Shown here one piece after another: positions 1 through 9,318 of a DNA stretch of 64,000 bases. Under the pieces are notes generated by a model, which had not been told where the DNA came from, did no database searches, and was given only the letters and a program-made list of their open reading frames with translations. Position 1 is the stretch's first letter, and the number at the start of each line of letters is the position of its first letter. Location: positions 27,040 to 91,039 of the forward strand of contig JAHEJM010000005.1 in NCBI GenBank assembly GCA_024638815.1. Reading direction: 5' to 3'. The stretch is from Acidimicrobiales bacterium. GTDB taxonomy: Bacteria; Actinomycetota; Acidimicrobiia; Acidimicrobiales; SZUA-35. The position numbers and the translations under genes are program-made.

Positions 1-159
1 CCGTCACTGAGGGCTACGACCGAGGCGACGAACATGCTGTGCTCGGACCGTACGTGCTCGGCCGGCTCCGCTGCGGTGTAGCCGATCGTCGGATCCTCGA
101 CAGCGTTCGGTAGCCCAGGAATCGACGGTTGTCTCGAAAAGATCGGACTCGGAGTTCAT
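1..159 (-). CDS. partial CDS of unknown function; 5' end is inside the window and the gene runs off the left edge, with a possible frame disruption
   Basis: The ATG at 159 opens MNSESDLFETTVDSW, 19 nt after the stop of the upstream minus-strand gene. That frame stops at 4-6. High third-position G+C continues to position 1 in another phase (NAVEDPTIGYTAAEPAEHVRSEHSMFVASVVALSDG), so the phase changes near 105. No family recognised. Confidence 0.25.
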
Positions 160-177
160 CGAGCCACCAGTCCATCG

Positions 178-609
178 TCAGAAATAGCCGTCCCATTCGT
201 CTTCGGGCCCGCCCCGGTATTCGGGAAGCGGCTCGGTCGCGTCACGGGGCGGCGGTTCCGCTGCGACCGACGGCGGGACCTGACGTTCGGATCGGGGTGG
301 TCGGCCGGGCCTCTGGCCGCCGGCCTCGGCCGGGGCGACCTGCCGCGAGCGGGCATCTCCACCTGAAGATGCTGTCGACTGGGCATCGTCGTCGTCCTCG
401 GGGCCGTAGCCGTAGCACATCTGCACACCGTCGACGTCGAACGGCTTGCCCAGGGAGGCAACGGTGAAGGTCGACCAGTCGCCCGAGCGCTTCAGGACGT
501 CGATCTTGCCCCCTTCGGCCAGGGCCTTCTCCAGGTCCTCCACCGGGGCCATCACCGCCCATTTGTCGGTTTTCGTCTTGCGGAATCTGGGTGCTGGCTT
601 GTCCGACAT
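178..609 (-). CDS. hypothetical protein, 143 aa (compact N-terminal domain plus Pro/Arg-rich tail ending EDEWDGYF)
   Basis: This is the C-terminal part of the 429-aa track ORF. I chose the ATG at 609 (MSDKPAPRFRKTKTDKWAVMAPVEDLEKAL) because the upstream extension is Gly/Arg/His-rich and antisense to the TPP-enzyme gene. No family recognised. Confidence 0.5.
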   Translation of the reverse strand: MSDKPAPRFRKTKTDKWAVMAPVEDLEKALAEGGKIDVLKRSGDWSTFTVASLGKPFDVDGVQMCYGYGPEDDDDAQSTASSGGDARSRQVAPAEAGGQRPGRPPRSERQVPPSVAAEPPPRDATEPLPEYRGGPEDEWDGYF

Positions 610-675
610 GGCTTCACCGTAGCGGTCGAGCTTCCGGCTCACCAGGGTCTCCGGCCATGGGCCGGCAGCGCTACG

Positions 676-2334
676 GTGAGGCCCGTGACCAAGCCAACAT
701 CGACCAGTCCGACCGTGGCCGATCTGGTGATCGACGTGCTTCGCCGGAGCAACATCGACACGCTGTACTGCCTGCCCGGTGTGCAGAACGATGAGTTCTT
801 CGACGCCCTGGTCGATGCCCGCGACATTCGCCCGGTGGTGACGCGCCACGAGCAGGGCGCGGCCTACATGGCAATGGGGGCAGCCCAGGTCACCGGTCGA
901 CCGGCCGCCTTCTGTGTCGTGCCCGGACCAGGCATCCTGAATGCGTCCGGTGCCCTGACCAGTGCCTTCTGGGGGTATGCCCGGGTGCTCGGCGTGGTCG
1001 GCCAGATCGCCACCTGGCAGCAGGGTCGGAACTTCGGCGCCCTCCACGATCTCCGCGACCAGACCGCCATCCTGGAGCAGCTGACCAAGACGTCGGTGGC
1101 CATCACCGACCCGGCCGATGCCGTGACACTGGCCCAACGGGCTCTCGACGATCTCCACATCGGAGTACCCCGCCCCGTGACCATCGAGGTCCCGGTCAAC
1201 GTATGGGGCAAGCCGATCGACGGAGGGCTGGAGCCGGCCCCCGAACTCGATCCGGCCCTTCTCGATCCCTCCTCGGTCGATCGGGCGGCCCGCCTGCTGA
1301 TCGAGGCCGAGCGACCCCTGATCGTCGTCGGCTCCGGGGCCTATGGGGCCTCCGAACCCATCATCGAACTGGCCGAACGGCTCCAGGCCCCGGTCACCAC
1401 CCGGCGCCAGGGCCACGGTGTGGTTCCCACCGCCCACCAGTTGTTCGTGCCGATCACCGTGGGCCACGAACTATGGGCCGAGGCCGACGTGGTGCTCGGC
1501 ATCGGTACGAGAATGTCATGGCCCCTCTGTGACTGGGGATACGACGACGAGCTGACGCTGATCCAGCTCAACATCGATCCGGCCGAAGTGGATCGTCACG
1601 GCATCACCGCGGTGCCTCTGGTGGCCGATGCCGCCCGGGGGACCCGGGCGTTGCTTGCGACCATCGGCCCGCTCGACCGGAGTTCGGTGGCCGACGACCT
1701 GGCTCGCCGACGCAAGCGGTTCGACGAGGCCACGGCCCATCTCGAACCCCAACGCAGCTACACCGCCGCCCTGCGGGCCGCCATTCCCGACGACGGCGTG
1801 ATCGTCGAGGATGTGACCCAGATCGGCTTCGCCTGCCATCTGTTCTACGACCACCTCGCCTCTCGGACCTTCCTGACCTCGGGAGCGGCGGGAACCCTCG
1901 GGGCGGGGACCGCAGTGGCCATCGGGGCGGCCGACGCCACCGATCGGCCGGTGGTCGGTGTGATCGGCGACGGCGGGTTCCTGTTCACGGCCAACGAATT
2001 GGCCACCGCAGCCCAGTACGACATCCCGTGCAATCTGGTGGTCTTCTCCGACGGGGCCTACGGCAACGTGCAGCGCATCCAGAAATCCAGGTTCGGCCCC
2101 GACCGCACCATCGCCAGTACGTTGCAGAACCCCGACTTCGCCGCACTGGCCACGGCGTTCGGTGTTCGTTACCGGCGGGCCGAGTCACCGGAGCAGCTCG
2201 TGACCGTGCTGGCCGAGGCCGTCGATCACGACGGTCCGGACGTGATCGAGGTGCCGGTGGGTGAGATGCCGGACCCGTGGCCCTACTTCATGCTTCCGGC
2301 GGTTCGCGGGCCTCGGGCTCGAGTCAACCCCTGA
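676..2334 (+). CDS. thiamine-diphosphate-dependent enzyme (acetolactate synthase large-subunit-like family); substrate not assignable
   Basis: 552-aa ORF. It has an N-terminal TPP pyrimidine-binding region (RHEQGAAYMAMGAAQVTGRP, VPGPGILN) and the C-terminal ThDP/Mg motif GDGGFLFTANELATAAQYDIPCNLVVFSDGAYGNV. The first codon is GTG; GTG at 685 is an alternative start. Confidence 0.85.
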   Translation: MRPVTKPTSTSPTVADLVIDVLRRSNIDTLYCLPGVQNDEFFDALVDARDIRPVVTRHEQGAAYMAMGAAQVTGRPAAFCVVPGPGILNASGALTSAFWGYARVLGVVGQIATWQQGRNFGALHDLRDQTAILEQLTKTSVAITDPADAVTLAQRALDDLHIGVPRPVTIEVPVNVWGKPIDGGLEPAPELDPALLDPSSVDRAARLLIEAERPLIVVGSGAYGASEPIIELAERLQAPVTTRRQGHGVVPTAHQLFVPITVGHELWAEADVVLGIGTRMSWPLCDWGYDDELTLIQLNIDPAEVDRHGITAVPLVADAARGTRALLATIGPLDRSSVADDLARRRKRFDEATAHLEPQRSYTAALRAAIPDDGVIVEDVTQIGFACHLFYDHLASRTFLTSGAAGTLGAGTAVAIGAADATDRPVVGVIGDGGFLFTANELATAAQYDIPCNLVVFSDGAYGNVQRIQKSRFGPDRTIASTLQNPDFAALATAFGVRYRRAESPEQLVTVLAEAVDHDGPDVIEVPVGEMPDPWPYFMLPAVRGPRARVNP

Positions 2335-2358
2335 CACCCCCGAACTTCGAGCCTCGGC

Positions 2359-2376
2359 CGACCCCGAAACGGGTCG
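2359..2376. terminator. weak hairpin between convergent genes (candidate bidirectional terminator)
   Basis: CGACCC-CGAAAC-GGGTCG gives a 6-bp stem with a 6-nt loop. It lies between the TPP-enzyme stop (2334) and the nei stop (2385). There is no U-tract. Confidence 0.2.
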
Positions 2377-2384
2377 CCGGTCGC

Positions 2385-3248
2385 TCAAAGTTCCGAGGGG
2401 GGCTCCGGTTGGCATCGGGGGCACCAGTAGGTGCTGCGTCCGGTGGTGCCCCGGTAGGAGCGGCGGATCGGCGTCCCGCACCGTAGGCAGGGGCTCCGGT
2501 GGCGCTCATAGACAAAGTGTCGGTCTGGACGAACCAGCGGACCGTGGAGGTGGGGGGTGGTGGTGCGGGGACGGTGGCGTCGTCGTCCCGCGTCGCCCAC
2601 CGGCCGGGCCCGGGAGTTCTCCCACAGTGATCGGCTGGCTCGGCGATACAGCGATTCCAGGGTTCGGTCACCGATGCTGCTCACCGGCGTGAACGGCCAC
2701 ACCCCCTCCAGGAACAGCACCTCCGACCTGTAGACGTTTCCGATCCCGGCCGCCAGTCCCTGATCCAGCAGGGCGTCGACGATCAATGTCGTACCCGATG
2801 TCCCGGTCCGGGCCCGCCGGGCCGCCTCGGCCGCCACCCGGTCGGACTCTTCGGGCGGAACCAGGAGATCGGGACCGAGGTTGGACACGGGGGTCAGCTC
2901 GGCCGATCGCAGAAAGGTCTGCACGGTTGGAGACGAAAAGCACAGGGCATGACCCCGGTCGGTGCCCAGATGGACACGAAGCTGGGGATGGCGCAGGGTG
3001 CGGGTCAGATCGGCATCGGGGGGCCGAACCGACCACGAACCTGCCATGCCGAGATGAACCTGCAGCGTCAGATTCCGGTCGAAATCGACCAGCAGGTGCT
3101 TGCCGTGAACCCGCACCTGCTCGATCCGTTGACCGGGTCGGGGGCGATGGCCCCGTAGCTTGCGGGCCCAGAAACGGCGCACCACCTGACCGTCGAGCAC
3201 CGGCGCGATGCGCTGACGGGCGATTTCCAGGGTGTCACCCTCGGGCAT
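2385..3248 (-). CDS. nei: Fpg/Nei family DNA glycosylase (endonuclease VIII-like)
   Basis: It has the MPEGDTLE N-terminus (catalytic Pro2/Glu3), an H2TH segment LLDQGLAAGIGNVYRSEVLF and a C-terminal zinc finger CLRCG...CPRCQ. The 479-aa track ORF adds an Arg/Gly-rich extension that overlaps trkA, so I chose the ATG at 3248. Confidence 0.9.
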   Translation of the reverse strand: MPEGDTLEIARQRIAPVLDGQVVRRFWARKLRGHRPRPGQRIEQVRVHGKHLLVDFDRNLTLQVHLGMAGSWSVRPPDADLTRTLRHPQLRVHLGTDRGHALCFSSPTVQTFLRSAELTPVSNLGPDLLVPPEESDRVAAEAARRARTGTSGTTLIVDALLDQGLAAGIGNVYRSEVLFLEGVWPFTPVSSIGDRTLESLYRRASRSLWENSRARPVGDAGRRRHRPRTTTPHLHGPLVRPDRHFVYERHRSPCLRCGTPIRRSYRGTTGRSTYWCPRCQPEPPSEL

Positions 3249-3286
3249 CGACCGACCCCGGTTCACCCCCGGCCGCCGGCCGGATC

Positions 3287-4009
3287 TCAGCCCGCAGCAT
3301 GTTCGGCGAACCGTTGGGCGTCGTCCACCGTTCCGGCGATGACCAGCAGGTCGCCGGAACCGATGACCGTATTGGCGGTGGCGTAGGTGAACGAGCCACC
3401 TTCCGGTTTGATGCACACCACGGTCACCCGAAATCTGTCCCGCAGATGGCTGTCGGCCAGGCGGATGCCGATCAGGCTTTCCGGCGCCTGCAGCTCGGCC
3501 AGGACGAAACCTTCGTCGAGCTCGAAGTAGTCCACCACCTCGCCACTCACCATGTGGGCCACCCGCTCCCCCATCTGCTTCTCGGGGAACACCACGCGGT
3601 GAGCGCCGACCCGCTCCAGGATTCGCCCGTGTTCGGTGGTGATGGCCTTGGCCCAGATGTTGCCGACCCCAAGGTCGGCCAGGGCGGCCGTGGTCAGGAC
3701 GCTGGCCTCGATGTCGGAGCCGATGGCGACCACCGCGGCATCGAAGTCGACCGCTCCCAGCTGGGTGAGCGCCGATGCCGAGGTGGTGTCGGCCACCCGG
3801 ACATGGGCAATGCGGTCGGCCCACTCATCGACCAGGTCCTGACTGATGTCGACAGCCATGACCGCGACCCCCAGTTTGCCCAGCTCGGCGGCGAGGGCGG
3901 TACCGAACCGGCCCAACCCGATAACGAGAACCGAGTTGGTCTCGATCGAGCCGTCGGTCCTGGCGAACGACTCGTCGGCCCACTTCCTGAACCTCTCCAG
4001 ACTGGACAT
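3287..4009 (-). CDS. trkA: Trk/Ktr potassium uptake system, NAD-binding regulatory subunit (RCK_N + RCK_C)
   Basis: It has the Rossmann motif VLVIGLGRFGTALAAEL and a C-terminal TrkA_C-like segment (GIRLADSHLRDRFRVTVVCIKPEGG). SD-like GAGGTG sits about 8 nt before the ATG. The gene is directly downstream of trkH. Confidence 0.9.
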   Translation of the reverse strand: MSSLERFRKWADESFARTDGSIETNSVLVIGLGRFGTALAAELGKLGVAVMAVDISQDLVDEWADRIAHVRVADTTSASALTQLGAVDFDAAVVAIGSDIEASVLTTAALADLGVGNIWAKAITTEHGRILERVGAHRVVFPEKQMGERVAHMVSGEVVDYFELDEGFVLAELQAPESLIGIRLADSHLRDRFRVTVVCIKPEGGSFTYATANTVIGSGDLLVIAGTVDDAQRFAEHAAG

Positions 4010-4055
4010 CGGTTGTTCACCTCAACTTGCTCATGGCCTGGACACAAGGACCGGT

Positions 4056-5393
4056 TCAGCCAACGATAAGGGCCTCTTCGGCGAACCCGTACCGCTTCGG
4101 CTGGGCTCGAAGCAGGATGGCGGTGCCGAAGGTGATGGGGCCGACCCGGCCGAGAAACATCAGCCCGATGATCACCAGTCGTGCCGGCCCGCCCAGCTCG
4201 GTGGTGAGACCGGTCGACACGCCAACCGTCCCGAAAGCCGACGCCGTCTCGAACAGCAACTCGAGAGCGGGTAGATCCGGCTCCAGATAGGCCAGGGTGA
4301 AGGCTGCGGTCCCCACTCCTCCCAGAGCGGCCACGACCAGGGACAGAGCCTGGCGTTCGACCGAACGAGGGACCCGCCGGTTGAACAGGGTGGCCTGACG
4401 GTCGCCCCGAAACTCGGCCAGTGTGGAGCGGATGACCACGGCGAAGGTGGAGGTCTTGATGCCACCACCGGTCGACGCGCTGGAAGCCCCGACCACCATG
4501 AGCAGGATGAAGACCAGCAGACTGGCCGGCCGGAGCTCACCGATGGGCACGGTGTTGAAGCCCGCGGTCCGAGCGGTGGCCGACTGGAAGAAGGCGGCCA
4601 GCATCTTGTCAGGCGGGGAAAGCGAGCCCAGTGTGGCGTCATTGCTCCACTCCACCACGGCCAACATGGCGGTTCCGAACGTCAGCAGGGTGAACGTCAT
4701 GGCCAGGGTGACCTTGGTGTGCAGCGACCAGCGTTGAGGGGATCGCCACCGTTCGTAGAGTTCGAACACGACGGGGAAGCCGATGCCGCCCACAATGAAG
4801 GCGAAGGCCACGACGAGGCTGATGAACCAGTCGTCGGCGTAGCGCTCGAGACCACCGTCGAGGATGGAGAAGCCGGCGTTGTTGAAGGCCGAGATCGAGT
4901 GGAACACACCGAGGTAGGTTCCGTGGACCAGCCCTTCGCCCTCCACCAGCACGAAACTCGCACTGAGCAGAACAGCGAAGACGATCTCGGAGATGGCCAC
5001 GAATACCACCAGCTTCTGCAGCAGGTTGCGCACGGTGCCGAGGTCGGTGAAACCGATCTCGGCACCCACTCGCATACCGGTACGGAGGCCGAGACGTCGG
5101 GTGAAGATGATGCCGAGGAAGCCGGCCAGGGTCATGATGCCCAGGCCTCCGATCTGGATCAGCACCAAAATGACGAACTCGCCGAACCGGGACCAGGTTG
5201 GTGCGGTGTCGACCACGCCCAGTCCGGTCACGGTCACGGCCGACACCGCGGTGAAGAAGGCGTCCGACCAGGAAACCGGCTGCCGGTTCTCATGGGCGAT
5301 GGACAGCGACAGCAGCTCGGTGCCGACGAGGATCAGGGCGGCGAAGCCGGCAACGACCAGAACACCGGGATGGCGAATGCGCTGCTCGGACAC
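4056..5393 (-). CDS. trkH: TrkH/KtrB family potassium transporter membrane subunit
   Basis: 445-aa polytopic protein with repeated pore-loop motifs (TVTGLGV, IQIGGLGIM, FNNAGFS, TARTAGFNT, STGGGIKT, GTVGVSTG). Start codon is GTG. Confidence 0.9.
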   Translation of the reverse strand: MSEQRIRHPGVLVVAGFAALILVGTELLSLSIAHENRQPVSWSDAFFTAVSAVTVTGLGVVDTAPTWSRFGEFVILVLIQIGGLGIMTLAGFLGIIFTRRLGLRTGMRVGAEIGFTDLGTVRNLLQKLVVFVAISEIVFAVLLSASFVLVEGEGLVHGTYLGVFHSISAFNNAGFSILDGGLERYADDWFISLVVAFAFIVGGIGFPVVFELYERWRSPQRWSLHTKVTLAMTFTLLTFGTAMLAVVEWSNDATLGSLSPPDKMLAAFFQSATARTAGFNTVPIGELRPASLLVFILLMVVGASSASTGGGIKTSTFAVVIRSTLAEFRGDRQATLFNRRVPRSVERQALSLVVAALGGVGTAAFTLAYLEPDLPALELLFETASAFGTVGVSTGLTTELGGPARLVIIGLMFLGRVGPITFGTAILLRAQPKRYGFAEEALIVG

Positions 5394-5619
5394 CGGCCTA
5401 GTTTCGCTCGCTGGCTTGGATCTTCACAACTGAGTCAAATTTCGGCGACCGTTGGCCGGAGGCCAAACTCGGGTCGGTGAGCACCGTCTCGCCGTACTAG
5501 ACTATCGCCACCGGCGAACTCCGTCGTGGCGGCGGGACGACACCAACCGTCCGATTCCAATCGTCCGACAACGGCCGCCCTGCCGTACAAATCGGAAACC
5601 GGGCAACCATACTGGCTGG

Positions 5620-6579
5620 GTGCCCACTGCCGTCCGCTCCGAGCCTCTGGTCACCGCCCGCTCGCTGGTCAAGCGCTACGGGTCGGTTCCTGTGCTCGAC
5701 GACGTCAGCTTCACCGTGAACCCCGGCGTCACCGGGCTGCTGGGGGCCAACGGAGCGGGCAAGACCACCATCCTGGGCATGATCCTCGGCCTCCATCCGG
5801 CCGACGGCGGCGAACTCGACGTGCTCGGGCACAATCCGTGGAAAGCCGGTCGCCAGGTCCGGACCAGGATCGGCTACGCCCCCGAGCACCATACCCTTCC
5901 CCCCGACCTCCGGGCCGCCGAGTTCGTCAAACACGTGGCCGAACTCCACGGCCTCCCTCCCGACGAGGCCACCACGCGGGCCAGCGACGCGCTGTGGCTG
6001 GTCGACCTGGGGGAGGAACGGTTCCGGCCCATGGGCACGATGAGCACCGGGCAGCGGCAGCGGGTCAAGCTGGCCCAGGCCATTGCCCACGACCCCGAGT
6101 TCGTGCTGCTGGACGAACCCACCGACGGCCTCGACCCGACCCAGCGGGATGTCATGTTGGACCTGATCCGGCATATCTCGGAGGACTTCGGCATCACCGT
6201 GGTGCTGTCGTCGCACCTCATCGACGAGGTGGAACGGGTCTGTGACGGCGCCATCATCATCGGCGAAGGTCGAACACTGGCCTCCGGCACCATCGAGGAA
6301 CTCAAGGGTGGAGACGGTGTGGGGGTGGCGCTGGAGCTGGACGCCGGCGACGAGGCCATCGACCGATTCGTCACGGAACTTCAGCGGCTACCGGGGCTGA
6401 TGGTCGAAGGCGACAGCCGTCATCTTCATGTCAGCCGAAACGACGGCGTCGACTCCACGACCTCCTCCGACGTGCTTGTTGCGGTTCGGGACGGCTGTGC
6501 CGACCACGGAATCGGTATCGTCCGGCTCGAGCGGCGACGGTTGCGGCTGGAGGACGTCTTTCTCCGGAGCACGCAGTGA
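5620..6579 (+). CDS. ABC transporter ATP-binding protein (ABC-2 exporter type), module 1
   Basis: Motifs present: Walker A GANGAGKTT, signature MSTGQRQRV, Walker B FVLLDEPTDGLD and H-loop SSHL. The track ORF opens at TTG 5452. GTG at 5620 gives the usual short N-terminus before LVKRYG, so the start is uncertain. Confidence 0.85.
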   Translation: MPTAVRSEPLVTARSLVKRYGSVPVLDDVSFTVNPGVTGLLGANGAGKTTILGMILGLHPADGGELDVLGHNPWKAGRQVRTRIGYAPEHHTLPPDLRAAEFVKHVAELHGLPPDEATTRASDALWLVDLGEERFRPMGTMSTGQRQRVKLAQAIAHDPEFVLLDEPTDGLDPTQRDVMLDLIRHISEDFGITVVLSSHLIDEVERVCDGAIIIGEGRTLASGTIEELKGGDGVGVALELDAGDEAIDRFVTELQRLPGLMVEGDSRHLHVSRNDGVDSTTSSDVLVAVRDGCADHGIGIVRLERRRLRLEDVFLRSTQ

Positions 6580-7517
6580 CCACTGGGGAAACGACCGGCG
6601 ACATCTCGTCCCCCGGGTTCGAGCCCGGATCGGGGACGGTGCTTGAAGCCGGTTCCGACGCCCGCATCTATGATCAGGGCTTTCGTCGCTACGACGGCCC
6701 CCGAACCGGCCTGGACGGGGCCTTGAGATCCCTGGTCAAGCACAGTCTGCGGCAGGCCCTCGGCCTGGGCCGTTCGGCCCGCTACAAGCTGGTGCCGTTA
6801 CCCATTGTCGCCATGGCCTTCATTCCCGCCACGGGTATGATCGCCATGGCCGCCCTGATTCCGGTCGGAACCGAGCAGTTCCTGCCGACCTACGCCGAGT
6901 ACTACGGCACCGTGGCCGCCGCCATCTACCTGTTCGCCGGACTCATCGCCCCCGAACTGTTGTGCACTGATCAGCGCACCGGAATGCTCGGCGTCTACCT
7001 GGCATCGCCCATCGACCGACCCCGCTACCTGCTGGGCAAGGCCGTAGCCGTCTTCCTGCTGCTCCTGGTCATTACGCTGGGACCGCCACTGCTGATGCTC
7101 ATCGCCTTTACCCTCCAGAGCCAGGGCCCCGACGGACTGGTGCAATGGCTGGAGGTCCTGTTCCGCATCGTGGCCTCGTCGGCCGTGATCGGCGTGCTGT
7201 ACGGGGCGGTGGGTATGGCCATCAGCGCCACCACCGACCGCCGGGTGGTGGCCACCGCCGCCATCCTGTCCATGATCCCGGGCTCGGCCATCGTGACCGA
7301 CATCCTGGTCGGCGACGGCGGGCTGCCGGACTGGCTCCGGCTGTTCAATGTGATGTTCCTGCCCCGGGCCCTGGTGTTCCGCATCCATGAGGAGCGGGGT
7401 GGGTGGTCGGTTCTCGACAATCCGACCTGGACACTCTGGCTTGCCTTCGCCGCCTGGCTGGTGGTCTGCATCGGCTGGATCTGGTTCCGGTATCGCCGCT
7501 TGTTGGTGCGCCGATGA
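6576..7517 (+). CDS. ABC-2 type transporter permease, module 1
   Basis: 313 aa: a ~70-aa soluble N-terminus followed by about six hydrophobic segments. Its ATG overlaps the ATPase stop (ATGA). Confidence 0.7.
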   Translation: MTTGETTGDISSPGFEPGSGTVLEAGSDARIYDQGFRRYDGPRTGLDGALRSLVKHSLRQALGLGRSARYKLVPLPIVAMAFIPATGMIAMAALIPVGTEQFLPTYAEYYGTVAAAIYLFAGLIAPELLCTDQRTGMLGVYLASPIDRPRYLLGKAVAVFLLLLVITLGPPLLMLIAFTLQSQGPDGLVQWLEVLFRIVASSAVIGVLYGAVGMAISATTDRRVVATAAILSMIPGSAIVTDILVGDGGLPDWLRLFNVMFLPRALVFRIHEERGGWSVLDNPTWTLWLAFAAWLVVCIGWIWFRYRRLLVRR

Positions 7518-8596
7518 CCGGCCTCCATCCGGATACGGCGACACCACCGGCGCCGACGGTGGCCCCACCGCCATGGCCGCCGGCCGACGCCTCGGTGGTG
7601 CTCAAGGGTGTGTCCAAGTCGTTCTCAGGATTGGTCGCCGTATCCGACATCTTCCTTGCCCTGCAGCCGGGCGTCACTGCGTTGCTGGGACCGAACGGGG
7701 CGGGTAAGTCGACGCTGCTGCGGCTGATCTGCGGTCTCGCTCGACCGTCGACCGGTACGGTGTGGGTGGCCGGCGGCAACCCCCGCTTCGATGCCGATGT
7801 GCGGGCCCGGATCGGTCTCGTCCCCCAGCAGGATGGGGTGTTCGAATCATTGACGGCGCTCGAGACCGTGGAGTTGGCGGCCCGTCTCAGTCGGCTGGCC
7901 GAGCCCAGAGTCGAGGCCCGCCGGGCCTTGGCCCTGGTCGAACTCGACCCGACCATGACACGACCGGTCGGGACCTTCTCCAAGGGCATGCGGCAGCGGG
8001 TCAAAGTTGCCCAGGCCCTGGTTCACGATCCCGCCTTGTTGATCTTGGACGAGCCGCTCAACGGCCTCGATCCTCGCCAGCGGCACCACCTGATCGAGCT
8101 GTTCGCCGAGTTGGGCCACTCCGGCCGAACGGTGTTGGTTTCGAGCCATGTGTTGGAAGAGGTCGAACGGTTCGGCTCCCGGGTTGTGGTGGTGGCCAAA
8201 GGCCGACTGGTGGCTGAGGGCGACTACCGCCAGATCCGCAATCTGCTCAACCAGCAACCACACCGGATCCGCGTCGAGTGCGACCGGCCTCGGGCCATGG
8301 CCATCGGTCTCATGGCCCTTGAGCCCGTCATCAGTTGTACCGTGACGGACACGGGCGACCGCCGGCTCCCGCCCGACCGGGCCCCGGCCGGACCGTTGGC
8401 GGCACAGGCCGACTCGACGATGTCGGCTCCAGCAGTGGAGGTGACGACAAATGATGTGGCCGAGTTGCGGCGGGCCCTGCCGGTGGTGGCCAAACGCCTC
8501 GATCTGACGCTGAGCGGGGTCGTTCCCCTCGACGACGACCTCGAAAGTGTATTTCGGTATCTGGTCGGGGGGCCACCGGGGGGCGCTCAGCGATGA
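7514..8596 (+). CDS. ABC transporter ATP-binding protein (ABC-2 exporter type), module 2
   Basis: Motifs present: Walker A GPNGAGKST, signature FSKGMRQRV, Walker B LLILDEPLNGLD and H-loop SSHV. The ATG at 7514 overlaps the permease stop (ATGA). It has a Pro-rich ~35-aa leader and a ~120-aa C-terminal extension. Confidence 0.85.
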   Translation: MTGLHPDTATPPAPTVAPPPWPPADASVVLKGVSKSFSGLVAVSDIFLALQPGVTALLGPNGAGKSTLLRLICGLARPSTGTVWVAGGNPRFDADVRARIGLVPQQDGVFESLTALETVELAARLSRLAEPRVEARRALALVELDPTMTRPVGTFSKGMRQRVKVAQALVHDPALLILDEPLNGLDPRQRHHLIELFAELGHSGRTVLVSSHVLEEVERFGSRVVVVAKGRLVAEGDYRQIRNLLNQQPHRIRVECDRPRAMAIGLMALEPVISCTVTDTGDRRLPPDRAPAGPLAAQADSTMSAPAVEVTTNDVAELRRALPVVAKRLDLTLSGVVPLDDDLESVFRYLVGGPPGGAQR

Positions 8597-9300
8597 TGTT
8601 GTACCGCATGCTGCTGGGCCAGCAGCTCACCAAGGCCCGCATTCTGCTGATCACCGGCTTCTCGGTGCTGGCCATCGTGCTCGCTCTCTCCATCGGAGCC
8701 CAGGTCGATCCGGCCAACCGGATCGAATCCGTCATCGGTTTCCTCTCGGTCTACGGGCTGGGCTTCATGGTGCCCATCCTGTGCCTGCTGCTGGCCTCGT
8801 CCACGTTGGGGCAGCTGGTCGAGGACGAGACGCTGGTGTATCTCTGGCTGCGGCCCAATCCCCGATGGCAGCTGGCGTTGGCGTCGTGGGCCGCGGCGGC
8901 AACGATCGCGCTCCCGACCACGGTTCTCCCGCTGACCGCAGCGGCCGCCATCGGCACCGGCAGCCAGGCCGAAGCGGTGGGCGCCACCGCCCTGTCCATG
9001 GCCCTCGCCGCCGTGGGCTATACCGGCCTCTTCACCCTGATCGGCCTCGTGCTGCGCCGAGCCCTGCTGTGGGGCCTGGTCTACATCTTCATCTGGGAGC
9101 TGTTCGTGGCCCGGGCCGGCGCCGGGGCGGCCCGACTGTCGCTCAACACCTACCCTCATTCAGTGCTGGCCCGGTTGACCGACATCGAGTTGCCTCTGGC
9201 CGAACGGTCGATGACGGCGGCCTTGATCGTTCCGCCGGCGGTGGCCGCAGTGTCGGTGGCGCTCACCGCCTGGTGGCTGGACCGCACCGAGGTGGCGTAG
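8593..9300 (+). CDS. ABC-2 type transporter permease, module 2
   Basis: 235 aa with about six hydrophobic segments. Its ATG overlaps the ATPase stop (ATGA). Confidence 0.7.
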   Translation: MMLYRMLLGQQLTKARILLITGFSVLAIVLALSIGAQVDPANRIESVIGFLSVYGLGFMVPILCLLLASSTLGQLVEDETLVYLWLRPNPRWQLALASWAAAATIALPTTVLPLTAAAAIGTGSQAEAVGATALSMALAAVGYTGLFTLIGLVLRRALLWGLVYIFIWELFVARAGAGAARLSLNTYPHSVLARLTDIELPLAERSMTAALIVPPAVAAVSVALTAWWLDRTEVA

Positions 9301-9318
9301 GCAGGTACTCGCAGGGGG

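Noticed and set aside
3249-3824. Long N-terminal extensions of track ORFs. Examples are nei to 3824, soxA to 17712, ptrB to 54252, the dehydratase to 23923, the MerR gene to 56646 and the zinc-ribbon gene to 39404.
   Set aside because: The extensions are Arg/Gly-rich, overlap neighbouring well-supported genes and precede canonical N-terminal motifs (MPEGDT and others). Internal starts were chosen instead.
5394-5619. Possible c-di-AMP (ydaO-type) riboswitch in the 226-nt leader of trkH.
   Set aside because: I could not find the conserved ydaO elements (the AGCUAACCUCGUAAGCG-like segment and the paired ACGGGG/GAAUC cores). Only a generic 6-bp hairpin (CGCCAC...GTGGCG) is present.
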